The notes under the pieces are model-generated. The model had not been told where the DNA came from. It did no database searches and worked only from the letters and a program-made list of their open reading frames with translations. Of a stretch of DNA of 64,000 bases, positions 1 through 11,900 are shown one piece after another (the first letter of the stretch is position 1; every line of letters starts with the position of its first letter). The stretch comes from Eledone cirrhosa. Its lineage: Eukaryota. The position numbers and the translations under genes were made by a program. The stretch is from contig OZ024740.1 in the NCBI GenBank assembly GCA_964016885.1, positions 238,514,001-238,578,000 on the forward strand. The letters are read 5' to 3'.

Positions 1-139
1 TGGTTGGTGGTGGTGGTAGTGGTGGTGGTGGTAGTGGTGGTGGTAGTGGTGGTGGTGACATAATGGCAACTGAAATGGTATAAATTAGCACCAATATAAT
101 TAGTAAAGAATTAGATGGTAATACCGTAGTAGATGCAGT

Positions 140-3100
140 GGTGGTGTAAGGGTGGGTGTAGTAGTGGTGTGGTGGTGGTGTAATGGTGGGTGTGGTGGTG
201 GTGTAAGGGTGGGTGTAGTAGTGGTGTGGTGGTGGTGTAAGGGTGGGTGTAGTAGTAGTGTGGTGGTGGTGTAAGGGTGGGTGTAATAGTGGTGTGGTGG
301 TGGTGTAATGGTGGGTGTGGTGGTGGTGTAAGGGTGGGTGTAGTAGTGGTGTAAGGGTGGGTGTAGTGGTGGTGTAAAAGTGGGTGTAGTAGTAGATGCA
401 GTGGTGGTGTAAGGGTGGGTGTAGTAGTGGTGTGGTGGTGGTGTAAGGGTGGGTGTAGTAGTGGTGTGGTGGTGGTGTAAGGGTGGTGTGGTGGTGGTGT
501 AAGGGTGGTGTGGTGGTGTTATAAGGGTGGGTGTAGTAGTGGTGTTGTGGTGGTGTAAGGGTGGGTGTAGTAGTGGTGTGGTGGTGGTGTAAGGGTGGGT
601 GTAGTAGTGGTGTAGGGGTGGTGTAAGGGTGGGTGTAGTAGTGGTGTGGTGGTGGTGTAAGGGTGGGTGTAATAGTGGTGTGGTGGTGGTGTAAGGGTGG
701 ATGTAGTAGTGGTGTGGTGGTGGTGTAAGGGTGGGTGTAGTAGTGGTGTGGTGGTGGTGTAGTAGTGGTGTGGTGGTGGTGTAAGGGTGGGTGTAGTAGT
801 GGTGTGATGGTGGTGTATGGGTGGGTGTAATAGTGGTGTGGTGGTGGTGTAAGAGTGGGTGTAGTAGTGGTGTGGTGGTGGTGTATGGGTGGGTGTAATA
901 GTGGTGTGGTGGTGGTGTAAGGGTGGGTGTAGTAGTGGTGTGGTGGTGGTGTAAGGGTGGGTGTAGTGGTGGTGGTGTAAGGGTGGGTGTAATAGTGGTG
1001 TGGTGGTGGTGTAAGGGTGGGTGTAGTAGTGGTGTGGTGGTGGTGTAAGGGTGGGTGTAATAGTGGTGTGGTGGTGGTGTAAGGGTGGGTTTAGTAGTGG
1101 TGTGGTGGTGGTGTAAGGGTGGGTGTAGTAGTGGTGTAAAGGTGGGTGTAGGGGTGGTGTAAGGGTGGGTGTAGTAGTGGTGTGGTGGTGGTGTAAGGGT
1201 GGGTGTAGTAGTGGTGTAAAGGTGGGTGTAGGGGTGGTGTAAGGGTGGGTGTAGTAGTGGTGTGGTGGTGGTGTAAGGGTGGGTGTAAGGGTGGGTGTAG
1301 TAGTGGTGTGGTGGTGGTGTAAGGGTGGGTGTAGTAGTGGTGTAAAGGTGGGTGTAGGGGTGGTGTAAGGGTGGGTGTAGTAGTGGTGTAAGGGTGGGTG
1401 TAGTAGTGGTGTGGTGTAAGGGTGGGTGTAGTAGTGGTGTAAGGGTGGGTGTAGTAGTGGGGTGGTGGTGGTGTAAGGGTGGGTGTAGTAGTGGTGTGGT
1501 GGTGGTGTAAGAGTGGGTGTAGTAGTGGTGTAAAGGTGGGTGTAGGGGTGGTGTAAGGGTGGGTGTAGTAGTGGTGTGGTGGTGGTGTAAGGGTGGGTGT
1601 AGTAGTGGTGTAAAGGTGGGTGTAGGGGTGGTGTAAGGGTGGGTGTAGTAGTGGTGTGGTGGTGGTGTAAGGGTGGGTGTAGTAGTGGTGTGGTGGTGGT
1701 GTAAGGGTGGGTGTAGTAGTAGTGTGGTGGTGGTGTAAGGGTGGGTGTAATAGTAGTGTGGTGGTGGTGTAAGAGTGGGTGTAGTAGTGGTGTGGTGGTG
1801 GTGTAAGGGTGGGTGTAATAGTAGTGTGGTGGTGGTGTAAGAGTGGGTGTAGTAGTAGTGTGGTGGTGGTGTAAGAGTGGGTGTAGTAGTGGTGTGGTGG
1901 TGGTGTAAGGGTGGGTGTAGTAGTAGTGTGGTGGTGGTGTAAGGGTGGGTGTAGTAGTGGTGTGGTGGTGGTGTAAGGGTGGGTGTAGTAGTGGTGTGGT
2001 GGTGGTGTAAGGGTGGGTGTAGTAGTAGTGTGGTGGTGGTGTAAGGGTGGGTGTAATAGTAGTGGTGTGGTGGTGTAAGAGTGGGTGTAGTAGTGGTGTG
2101 GTGGTGGTGTAAGGGTGGGTGTAGTAGTGGTGTGGTGGTGGTGTAAGGGTGGGTGTAGTAGTGGTGTGGTGGTGGTGTAAGGGTGGGTGTAGTAGTAGTG
2201 TGGTGGTGGTGTAAGGGTGGGTGTAGTAGTGGTGTAAGGGTGGGTGTAGTAGCGGTGTGGTGGTGGTGTAAGGGTGGGTGTAGTAGTGGTGTGGTGGTGG
2301 TGTAAGGGTGGGTGTAGTAGTGGTGTGGTGGTGGTGTAAGGGTGGGTGTAGTAGTGGTGTGGTGGTGGTGTAAGGGTGGGTGTAGTAGTAGTGTGGTGGT
2401 GGTGTAATGGTGGGTGTAGTAGTGGTGTGGTGGTGGTGTAAGGGTGGGTGTAGTAGTAGTGTGGTGGTGGTGTAAGGGTGGGTGTAGTAGTGGTGTAAGG
2501 GTGGGTGTAGTAGCGGTGTGGTGGTGGTGTAAGGGTGGGTGTGGTAGTGGTGTCAGGGTGGGTGTAGTAGTGGTGTGGTGGTGGTTTAAGGGTGGGTGTA
2601 GTAGTGGGGTGGTGGTGGTGTAAGGGTTGGTGTAGTAGTGGTGTGGTGGTGGTGTAAGAGTGGGTGTAGTAGTGGTGTGGTGGTGGTGTAAGGGTTGGTG
2701 TAGTAGTGGTGTGGTGGTGGTGTAAGGGTGGGTGTAGTAGTGGTGTGGTGGTGGTTTAAGGGTGGGTGTAGTAGTGGTGTGGTGGTGGTGTAAGGGTGGG
2801 TGTAGTAGTGGTGTGGTGGTGGTGTAAGGGTGGGTGTAGTAGTAGTGTGGTGGTGGTGTAAGGGTGGGTGTAGTAGTGGTGTGGTGGTGGTGTAAGGGTG
2901 GGTGTAGTAGTAGTGTGGTGGTGGTGTAAGGGTGGGTGTAGTAGCGGTGTGGTGGTGGTGTAAGGGTGGGTGTGGTAGTGGTGTCAGGGTGGGTGTAGTA
3001 GTGGTGTGGTGGTGGTGTAAGGGTGGGTGTGGTAGTGGTGTCAGGGTGGGTGTAGTAGTGGTGTGGTGGTGGTTTAAGGGTGGGTGTAGTAGTGGGGTGG

Positions 3101-4540
3101 TGGTGGTGTAAGGGTTGGTGTAGTAGTGGTGTGGTGGTGGTGTAAGAGTGGGTGTAGTAGTGGTGTGGTGGTGGTGTAAGGGTTGGTGTAGTAGTGGTGT
3201 GGTGGTGGTGTAAGGGTGGGTGTAGTAGTGGTGTGGTGGTGGTTTAAGGGTGGGTGTAGTAGTGGTGTGGTGGTGGTGTAAGGGTGGGTGTAGTAGTGGT
3301 GTGGTGGTGGTGTAAGGGTGGGTGTAGTAGTAGTGTGGTGGTGGTGTAAGGGTGGGTGTAGTAGTGGTGTGGTGGTGGTGTAAGGGTGGGTGTAGTAGTA
3401 GTGTGGTGGTGGTGTAAGGGTGGGTGTAGTAGCGGTGTGGTGGTGGTGTAAGGGTGGGTGTGGTAGTGGTGTCAGGGTGGGTGTAGTAGTGGTGTGGTGG
3501 TGGTTTAAGGGTGGGTGTAGTAGTGGTGTGGTGGTGGTTTAAGGGTGGGTGTAGTAGTGGTGTGGTGGTGGTGTAAGAGTGGGTGTAGTAGTGGTGTGGT
3601 GGTGGTGTAAGGGTTGGTGTAGTAGTGGTGTGGTGGTGGTGTAAGGGTGGGTGTAGTAGTGGTGTGGTGGTGGTGTAAGGGTGGGTGTAGTAGTGGTGTG
3701 GTGGTGGTGTAAGGGTGGGTGTAGTAGTGGTGTGGTGGTGGTGTAAGGGTGGGTGTAGTAGTGGTGTGGTGGTGGTGTAAGGGTGGGTGTAGTAGCGGTG
3801 TGGTGGTGGTGTAAGGGTGGGTGTGGTAGTGGTGTCAGGGTGGGTGTAGTAGTGGTGTGGTGGTGGTTTAAGGGTGGGTGTAGTAGTGGTGTGGTGGTGG
3901 TGTAAGAGTGGGTGTAGTAGTGGTGTGGTGGTGGTGTAAGGGTTGGTGTAGTAGTGGTGTGGTGGTGGTGTAAGGGTGGGTGTAGTAGTGGTGTGGTGGT
4001 GGTGTAAGGGTGGGTGTAGTAGTGGTGTGGTGGTGGTGTAAGGGTGGGTGTAGTAGCGGTGTGGTGGTGGTGTAAGGGTGGGTGTGGTAGTGGTGTCAGG
4101 GTGGGTGTAGTAGTGGTGTGGTGGTGGTTTAAGGGTGGGTGTAGTAGTGGTGTGGTGGTGGTTTAAGGGTGGGTGTAGTAGTGGTGTGGTGGTGGTGTAA
4201 GAGTGGGTGTAGTAGTGGTGTGGTGGTGGTGTAAGGGTTGGTGTAGTAGTGGTGTGGTGGTGGTGTAAGGGTGGTGTGGTGGTGGTGTAAGTGTGGGTGT
4301 AATAATGGTGTGGTGGTGGTGTAAGGGTGGGTGTAGTAGTTTTGTGGTGGTGGTGTAAGGGTGGGTGTAGTAGTTTTGTGGTGGTGGTGTAAGGGTGAGT
4401 GTAGTAGTGGTGTGGTGGTGGTGTAGGGTGGGTGTAGTAGTGGTGTGGTGTTGGTGTAAGGGTGGGTGTAGTAGTGGTGTGGTTGTGGTGTAGTAGTGGT
4501 GTGGTGGTGGGTGTAATAGTGGTGTGGTGGTGTAAGGGTA
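140..4540 (+). repeat. G-rich tandem satellite, 34-bp unit GTAAGGGTGGGTGTAGTAGTGGTGTGGTGGTGGT with 23-bp short variants
   Basis: AAGGG recurs at 34-nt spacing (1941, 1975) and 23-nt spacing (2213, 2236); the + strand has almost no C; fades into (GGT)n at both ends. Confidence 0.95.
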
Positions 4541-4998
4541 ATGGTGATGGTGGTGGTGGCAGTGGTGACAGTGGTGGTCATGGTGATGGTGGCAGTGGTG
4601 GTGATAATGGTGGTGGCAGTGGTGGTGATGGTGGTGGTGGCATTGGTGGTGTCAGCATTTGTGGCAGTGATAGTGAAGGTGGCAGTAGTGGTGATGTGAG
4701 ATCAGTGATGACTTAATAGATGTTACTAAGTTGACATTTCAGAGAGGGTGACAGACTGACAGGACGAGAGGGAAGGCAGTATAGGAAGGAAGAAGAAAGA
4801 GAAAATGAGGGAGCAAAGAAGCAAAGGATGCAAGAGAGAGAGAGAGAGTAAGGGAGGAAAGTGACCAGACACAAATGAGAAAGAGAGAGACATGTGGAGA
4901 GAGTAAAAGACAGAGAGAGAAGGGAAATATCGATACAAACAAAATTGTGTTTGAGAGTGTATTAGTATGAGAAGTCATCTGTATATATGTGAGTAAGT

Positions 4999-5032
<34 letters not shown>

Positions 5033-5265
5033 GACTGTGTGAGTGACTGAGTGTGTGTGTGTCTGCAAAAAATAGAGAGCATCTAAGAAAGAGGGAGAGC
5101 AAGAAAGTTGTGTTTGTGTGTGAATATATATATACTATATATATATAAATATATATGATGTAGCTATATATATGTATATATATATGTATGATATGACTAT
5201 ATATTGTGCTCTTAGTGTGACATTGTTTACATAGTATAACTATATACCACGCATATGTATGTATG

Positions 5266-5301
<36 letters not shown>

Positions 5302-5363
5302 GTAATTCCGTCGGAAAGGTCCAGGAAAAACGAGTGCTCTATGTAGGTTACAGAGCTTAATAG

Positions 5364-5603
5364 TTATGTAATAAACAACATAAGCCAATTATTTCATTTA
5401 CCAGTGGTTTCTTGAAAGCAAACAAATTTTGCTTTCAATCATCAGAATGAAAAAATCCTGGTGTATTTATTGACATTGGATTTTAAAAACCAATGTCAAT
5501 AAATACACCAGGATTTTTTCATTGATGATTGAAAGCAAAATTTGTTTGCTTTCAAGAAACCACTGGTAAATGAAATAATTGCCTTATGTTGTTTATTACA
5601 TAA
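5364..5603. repeat. ~240-bp near-perfect palindrome: two head-to-head copies of a hammerhead-bearing, Penelope pLTR-like fragment
   Basis: 5364-~5480 is the reverse complement of ~5491-5603; centre ATTGGATTTTAAAAACCAAT; flanked by (TA)n. Confidence 0.9.
5392..5452 (-). ncRNA. Type I hammerhead ribozyme motif
   Basis: Minus strand: TTTCATT-CTGATGA-TTGAAAGCAAA..TTTGCTTTCAA-GAAAC-CACTG-GTA-AATGAAA; all core nucleotides and stems I-III present. The copy in the right arm has a 2-nt deletion that removes the C of CTGATGA. Confidence 0.85.
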
Positions 5604-5614
5604 TTATATATATA

Positions 5615-6345
5615 TCATCATCATCATCCTCACCATTCAACATCCATTTTCCACGCTAGCATGGGTTAGATGAGTTGTCCTGTTGTGAGCAATGCCAGGT
5701 CAGGTGACCATGTCATGCTCATTCAGAACAGGCTCGGTTTCTACAGCTGGATGCCCTTCCTAATGCCAACCTCATTTACAGTGTGGACTGGGTGCTTTTT
5801 ATTGTGACACCTACACGACCACTTTATAGTGTGGACTGGGCACTTTGGTGGGAGAGGTATGTGGGGATTGGGGAGATGGCTATTTGGGCATGTGTGAAGG
5901 GCAGAGTGTTAGGATGTGGGGGGTAAATGGATGGGGGCTGGAGGTGGTGCATATTATAAGTATGCTTCAACCTGTTCCCATGGGAAGACGGGTCTTCTAT
6001 ATTACTGCGTAACGACAGAAACCTTGATCCTGTGTCATTGCCTTTGAAAGATGCAATTGAGCAAGGTCAGCATTTATCACCTCATCCCAAGTCTTCCTGG
6101 GTCTCCCCACTCCATGACTTCCATTCACTTTGAGCGCTCTGCACCTTTTTATACAGCTGTCATCCTCCATATACATCACATGTCCATACCAACGCAATCT
6201 CCTCTCCTACACACTGTATCTAATTCCTCTTATGCCTAGTTTCTCTCTTCAGTTTGTTTATGCTTTGCCATTCACATATTACACATCCACTGGAACATGC
6301 AAGCTTCATTTCTTTTCAATCTACACAGGTCCTCTGCACACAACA
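5615..6345 (-). mobile_element. 5'-truncated RTE LINE 3' end
   Basis: [28 protein letters not shown] (ORF 5997-6197); (GAT)n tail; similar to the 3' end of the RTE at 19911-23340. Confidence 0.85.
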
Positions 6346-6370
6346 TTGCTGTTGTATGCATGTATATACA

Positions 6371-6448
6371 TAGGGTGTCCCAAAAGTCTCTAGATTATTT
6401 TGAATTATAATATATATAAAACGACCTAGTGTCTTTAGGGACACCCTG
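6371..6448. mobile_element. Tiny Tc1/mariner-type MITE
   Basis: TIRs AGGGTGTCCC / GGGACACCCT(G); TA on the right flank. Confidence 0.6.
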
Positions 6449-6499
6449 TATATAAGTGTGTGATGTATGAGAGTAACTATGTACCATAAGAATATACAT

Positions 6500-6915
6500 A
6501 TTTAAACACCCAAAAAATCATTAACCATTTTGCCAACAACAACCCTGAGTACATTTTTGATTTCCATGTGTCTAACACACGTGGACATGCCCACAAAGTC
6601 AGAAAACAGCACAGTTCCCATGACTTTCGGAAACATTTTTTCACGCTCAGAGTTGCTGAAGCATGGAACAAACTACCTGCATCAGTTGTTAGCTGTCGAG
6701 ACACTGCATCCTTTAAAACCTCCATGCTTCCCAAGATTCGCCAACACTACACCTAATGTTCCCCCTCCATACACATACACACATGTATATCATGACTCAT
6801 ACACTATTCACTTTCCTGACATTTGTATATTATTCTATGTACTATACATGCACCTTTGACGAGTTGTAGTGCACCTGAGCACTTTACACAAAAATTTCAT
6901 TATTATTATTATTAT
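6500..6915 (+). mobile_element. CR1-type LINE 3' fragment
   Basis: TRGHAHKVRK..FRKHFFTLRVAEAWNKLP (CR1 ORF2 C-terminus); (ATT)n tail; related copies at ~18830-18957 and 45690-46008. Confidence 0.85.
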
Positions 6916-6984
6916 TTCACATAGCTCCATATATATATTTGATCTTATGCATTAATAGCAGTATGTGTAAGCATATATGTATGT

Positions 6985-7105
6985 GAAGGCACGTGACTGA
7001 ATGTTTAGAGAATTGGATTCGCAATAGTAAGGTTCTGAGTTTGATTCCTGGACTGGGTGATGCATTTTGCCCTTGAGCAAGACACTTTATTTCATGTTGC
7101 TCCTT
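6985..7105 (+). mobile_element. tRNA-derived SINE head, degenerate
   Basis: Decayed A/B boxes followed by CCTTGAGCAAGACACTTTATTTC, as in the intact SINEs of this window. Confidence 0.6.
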
Positions 7106-7204
7106 CTACCAGGAGTTGCGACTGATAGATAGTATTAGCAATTGGAAAGACCAATGGAAACACTGTTTCCTCGGCCCAATTTGACAAAAGTCGATTGACT
7201 GACG

Positions 7205-7266
7205 ATATGTATGTGTGTGTATGTAATTATGTGTATATGTGTATGTGTATGTATGTGTGTGTGTGT

Positions 7267-7298
<32 letters not shown>

Positions 7299-7495
7299 GT
7301 GTGTGTATGTATGTGTATATGTGTGCGTATGTATGTATGTGTATATGTATATATGTGTGTGTGTGTATATGTGTATGCGTGTGTATCTCTGTGTATGTAT
7401 GTGTATATGTGTATGTATGTGTATATGTGTGTATGTATGTATATATGTATGTATGTGTATGTATGTATGTGTATATACGTGTGTGTGTGTGCATG
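7205..7495. repeat. (TG/TA)n compound microsatellite
   Basis: Direct reading. Confidence 0.95.
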
Positions 7496-7985
7496 CACAC
7501 ATATTTCTCATTAGCACCCTCGATCATGTTTGTTTCATCATCATCATCATCATCATCATCCGTACTCTATCTTCCACGATAGCATGGGTTTAGACAGGAA
7601 TTATACAACTTGAGTCAAGATTGGTTGTCTCGCTCGTATGGGACTGTCTGGCAGGTTTTCTATGGCTGGATGCCCTTCCTAATGCCAATATGTTTATATA
7701 TATATATCTTGTGTGCATGTTTACAGTTGTTAGTTTCACTTATTTCACTGCGTATATCTAATGTGATGGATTGGCAGAATCTTGAGTTCATATCTCACTG
7801 AGGTCATCTTTGCCTTTCATTCTTCTGTTGTTCACAAACTAAAGTACCAGTCAAGTACTCTGGTTGATATAATAAACTTTCCTCTCCTCTAAAATTGTTC
7901 CCCTCTCTTTCTGATGTTTAGTTCTAACTGAATTGTATGTATATGGATATTATGTGTGTGTATCTATCTATCTATCTATCTATCT

Positions 7986-9741
7986 ATCGCGGTCCATCCG
8001 ACAAGGGTGCCCTCTCTCCTCCCTTCTGTATGTAATGACTCTAGAGCCACTGCTGCGGAAGTTGGAGTTGTTGCAGGGCATCCGGTTGGAACCGGGATTG
8101 CGGGAAGCGGTGTCAGCCTACGCCGATGACATAACAGTAATGGTGTTGACGGCCTCGGAAATCGGGGCGATCAGCACTTTACTGGAGGAGTATGAAAGGT
8201 TTACAGGGGCTAAGCTGAACTGGGACAAGTCGATCGGTCTGCAACTCAGCACGTGGAGGGGCAGATCGATGCCCTCCGATGGCGTCGTCGGGCGCTGGAC
8301 GGAGGGCCCGGTGAAGTTGCTCGGGGTCTGGTTTGGACCAGACCTCCAGGTGGAGAAGAACTGGGGTGAGGTAACGAACAGGGTGTTTGCACTGACCCAG
8401 AAGTGAGCCGAGTGCAAACTGTCCCTGAAAGGTCGGGCGGAGGTGGCGAACACTTATATAGCGTCCGTCATCTACTACCGCCTGACCGTTGTGCCTTGCC
8501 CAAGGGAAACGCTCGCCAGAATGGAGCGCGCACTCTTCCAATTCCTTTGGAAGAAGCGGGCTCCTATGGTGAGGAGATCCATCTGCTGTCAACACCCTTC
8601 GAAAGGAGGGCTGGGGATGCCGTGGCTAATGATACGTAAACACGCATCAAGGCTACAGCACCTCCAGGTATTCCTCACCGGTCAACCAGTGTGGGCCCCG
8701 TTTGTGAGGCGAGCCTTTCCCAGACTCGTCTCACTCACCGAGCTGCAATCCTGGGTCAAGCAAAGACCGAGAAAACTGGGCGCCTGGCACACCAAGTGTG
8801 CCCAGGCGCTCACGGCTGTCAGTGGAGAATCCACCTCGTCATTCTATAGAAGGCTGGTGGTTAGCAGGTGCGATGACGCCCTCAGAGAAGCCCTAGGCAT
8901 GGAGGAAGACGAACTGGCCAACCTGTTCGGTAGGACATTCAGCCCGGGACCCATGGATAACTTCCAGAGGTCCCTGGCCTGGCAGTGCTACCGAGGGGCT
9001 CTGCTCGTTCGAGAAAGGCTCTACAGACACGGGCGCCCGGGTAGGGACCCCTCGAAAAAGATCTGTCCCAGATGCGTGTGCGACGAGGAAACCGTTGCAC
9101 ATGCATTGGTACACTGCTCGGGCATTGCCGATCTGTGGGGCTGTCGAACAACTGCTGTCAAGGGTGGGACCGTTCCGGTTGATCACCGAGTGTATTGTAA
9201 CGATCAAGCCGCCTCCCCTCTTCAAAAACGAAGGAGAGGCGGTGTTTCTGTGCGTAATAGCCATGGCGAAAGAGATTGTATGGTGGACGCGTCTGAAAGG
9301 ACTGAGGTCAGACACCTTTCTCTCTGGCCAACAACTGGTCCGTTTCTTCTGATATCATTTCGGAAGAAGGATCAGGATGGATAGAGAGGTGCTGCAACCC
9401 AGCCGTTTTTATGAAAGATGGGTGAAAGTGGCGAGAATGGCCCGTGTGAATGGGCCTTCCCTCTACATCAGACTATAGGTGAGGAAGATGAAAGATCAAG
9501 GGAGCACCCCCTCTCTGTGCTCCTGAGGAGAGGGTTGCACACTTTTTTTCGGGGGGGTGTGCGACCCCCCAAGGCGCCTCCTCCCTATTGAAGATTTTGT
9601 TACTAAATTTATTTTGTTACATTTTATTTTATTTTTATATCTTGTTATTGCCTCCTCCTTATTGAGGACGCCTTTTTATGTAAACTCCCCCCATTGTACT
9701 TGTCCCACTTTTTGATGCCATGGTGGCAAATAAAAAGAAAC
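7986..9741 (+). mobile_element. 5'-truncated Tx1/L1-clade non-LTR retrotransposon (ORF2 RT C-terminal half plus CCHC zinc knuckle), disabled
   Basis: RQGCPLS..AYADD..KLLGVWFG, GGLGMP, CPRCVCDEETVAHALVHC; in-frame TGA at 8404-8406 and a frameshift near 9140; AATAAAAAGAAA end; (TATC)n on both sides. Confidence 0.92.
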
Positions 9742-9765
9742 TTATCTATCTATCTATAATATATG

Positions 9766-9821
<56 letters not shown>

Positions 9822-10047
9822 GCGAAATCTATCTGTGCCTTGAACCTCGAGTGACACCTAAAGATAAAATTCTAGGTCACCACATTTATTGTGTTAACAA
9901 GTTCATGCGTGGACTGTCCCCTCAAGGTGGGGAGACAGGAAGTGATAGCTATATTAACCTTATACTTGTTATTTCAACTATTATTCATGTTAAATCCTTC
10001 TAACAAATTTTTCATTTTAACCCTTCGTTAAATTGGTAAATCCTGAC

Positions 10048-10078
<31 letters not shown>

Positions 10079-10892
10079 CGAAGTGGTATTTAAACAAAAA
10101 ATTAAAATAACACTCAGTCTATTTGATCTGATCATGGCTTTATTTGCCAACCTCAGCAATATACAGTTACCAAACACTTCACTTGCTTCGTAACCACCAA
10201 CAACAACAAACAATACTACTAGCTTCCTAGCAAGAAAACATTCACATAAAGAAGAGAAAACAGAACTTTTTGTAAAGAACAATTATATAAATATTTTTTT
10301 TAAATTCTTTTTACAGGTTATATATGAATGTCATTTTTATATATATTTTTATTATTATTATTCGTTTTACTGTATTATATGCCTGTATTAATAACACGTT
10401 TTACATCAAACACACATCATTTTCCTTGTCACACACCAACATGTTTTTGTCTGTGGTATATTCTGGATTCGGTTGGGTCTCTGCGGGATCACTTTTCGAC
10501 TGGTCAAGGTACGGCGAAAGCTATGAAACACATGATAATCAGCCCACGGTTACTTAATCGCTCGACTCACTGAGCACACACTCATGTCATAGCATAAACC
10601 TCAACTCACGGGAAGAGAATCTTATGTATGATAATACATCGAGATTCAACTGGTCAAGGTTCGACAATAGCTATTTAACACATGATAACAAGCTGTTTCG
10701 ACGGCTATTTCTGGACTGAGTCCAGAAATAGCCGTCGAAAAGGCTTGAGCTCTGCCGTCGGGATCATACTTTTTCCTATTACCCACTCTACTACCCTCAG
10801 TATTGAGTACTCTGGTGCGTTATGGTCCATCTGGTTCCTTACCACAATTCCTTTGTTATATATATATATATATAGTGTATTTTTGATTTCAA

Positions 10893-10939
10893 CGCTCTAA
10901 TGAGTCCTGCCCCATGGTGTGGATGAAACACTGTCAGCG
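10893..10939 (+). ncRNA. Minimal type I hammerhead motif with a G5A core variant
   Basis: CGCT-CTAATGA-GTCC..GGAT-GAAAC-ACT-GTC-AGCG, in a ~110-bp insert between (TA)n tracts. Confidence 0.7.
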
Positions 10940-10984
10940 AATAAAAATTGATTGATGTTATAAGCGCTCTTTGTTTTCTTTTAC

Positions 10985-11045
<61 letters not shown>

Positions 11046-11049
<4 letters not shown>

Positions 11050-11830
11050 AATACAATATCGGAGAAAGTTTTTTAGTGATACTCCGGCCAAATTCCAACT
11101 CACTCAACAAACATTAGGAAATAAGTGATTATATTCCCAATTATGTGTTCGGGGTGCTAACTAAAAGTATTGCGTGGAAAATTGGCTGTATTATTTCATA
11201 TGAGACATATCTAATATATCTTCCCAGACGGACGTCTCGTTTCATTATAGGATTCCTACAATTTGGGCGAAATTATACCAATTTATGTAGGAGCTTGTAT
11301 ACCATCAATAGATATATATTCAAGTGGGCTCCTATAATTCATCAGTGGGTGCCCCAATAATACTAATATTGATAATCTAACCAACATCAGCATTTAGCGA
11401 TAATCACTTTCTGTGCCTGAGGTATCTGTCAGGTAGCCAGTCCAACAGTTCTACAGAAGTGCTCAAACTGATTCAAAAAATGAGGAAGTGAATTACCGCC
11501 AAAAAAAACAATACATGCGCGTGACGATGAATTCTGAAAGGAATTCAGGCCACGTGCTAAGAACTCAATTGGAAATTGAAAAAATATCTATGTGTGTACA
11601 ACATTTGATGACACACACAGATATTTTCTCGGGCAAAATAACAGAATGAGATATAAGGACCAATCAATATTCATATATAAAAAATAAACAAAGAAATGCT
11701 AACCTTATACCGGGATTTTTTTCAAATCTGCTGCGCCAAGAGTAAATAAATAAATACAATATCGGAGAAAGTTTTTTAGCGATACTCCGGCCAAATTCCA
11801 ACTCACTCAACAAACATTAGGAAATAAGTG

Positions 11831-11837
<7 letters not shown>
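11046..11837 (-). mobile_element. Retrozyme-like non-coding element: 703-bp unit plus ~89-bp direct terminal repeat
   Basis: 11046-11134 matches 11749-11837 with one mismatch; no coherent ORF; internal hammerhead; (TA)n on both flanks. Confidence 0.75.
11223..11349 (-). ncRNA. Type I hammerhead ribozyme with a large branched stem II
   Basis: Minus strand: CCCA-CTGATGA-ATTATAGGA...TCCTATAAT-GAAAC-GAGACGTCC-GTC-TGGG; stem III loop contains the palindrome GACGTC. Confidence 0.85.

Positions 11838-11900
<63 letters not shown>

Noticed and set aside
140-4540. CRISPR array (34-bp repeat)
   Set aside because: No unique spacers, no cas genes, eukaryotic context
1-4716. Telomere, or His/Thr/Pro-rich and Gly-rich ORFs, in the G-rich array
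   Set aside because: No (TTAGGG)n, and a left chromosome end would be C-rich on the + strand; the ORFs are low-complexity artefacts
9818-10005. Possible solo LTR (TGT...ACA with AATAAA on the minus strand)
   Set aside because: No matching target-site duplication and no second copy in the window
10017-10860. DNA-transposon-like segment starting TTAACCCT with an internal ~40-bp repeat
   Set aside because: No matching right terminus identified; family not assignable
11515-11556. Second hammerhead inside the 703-bp unit
   Set aside because: Only a hairpin (TGAATTC..GAATTCA); CUGANGA and GAAA boxes are not correctly placed
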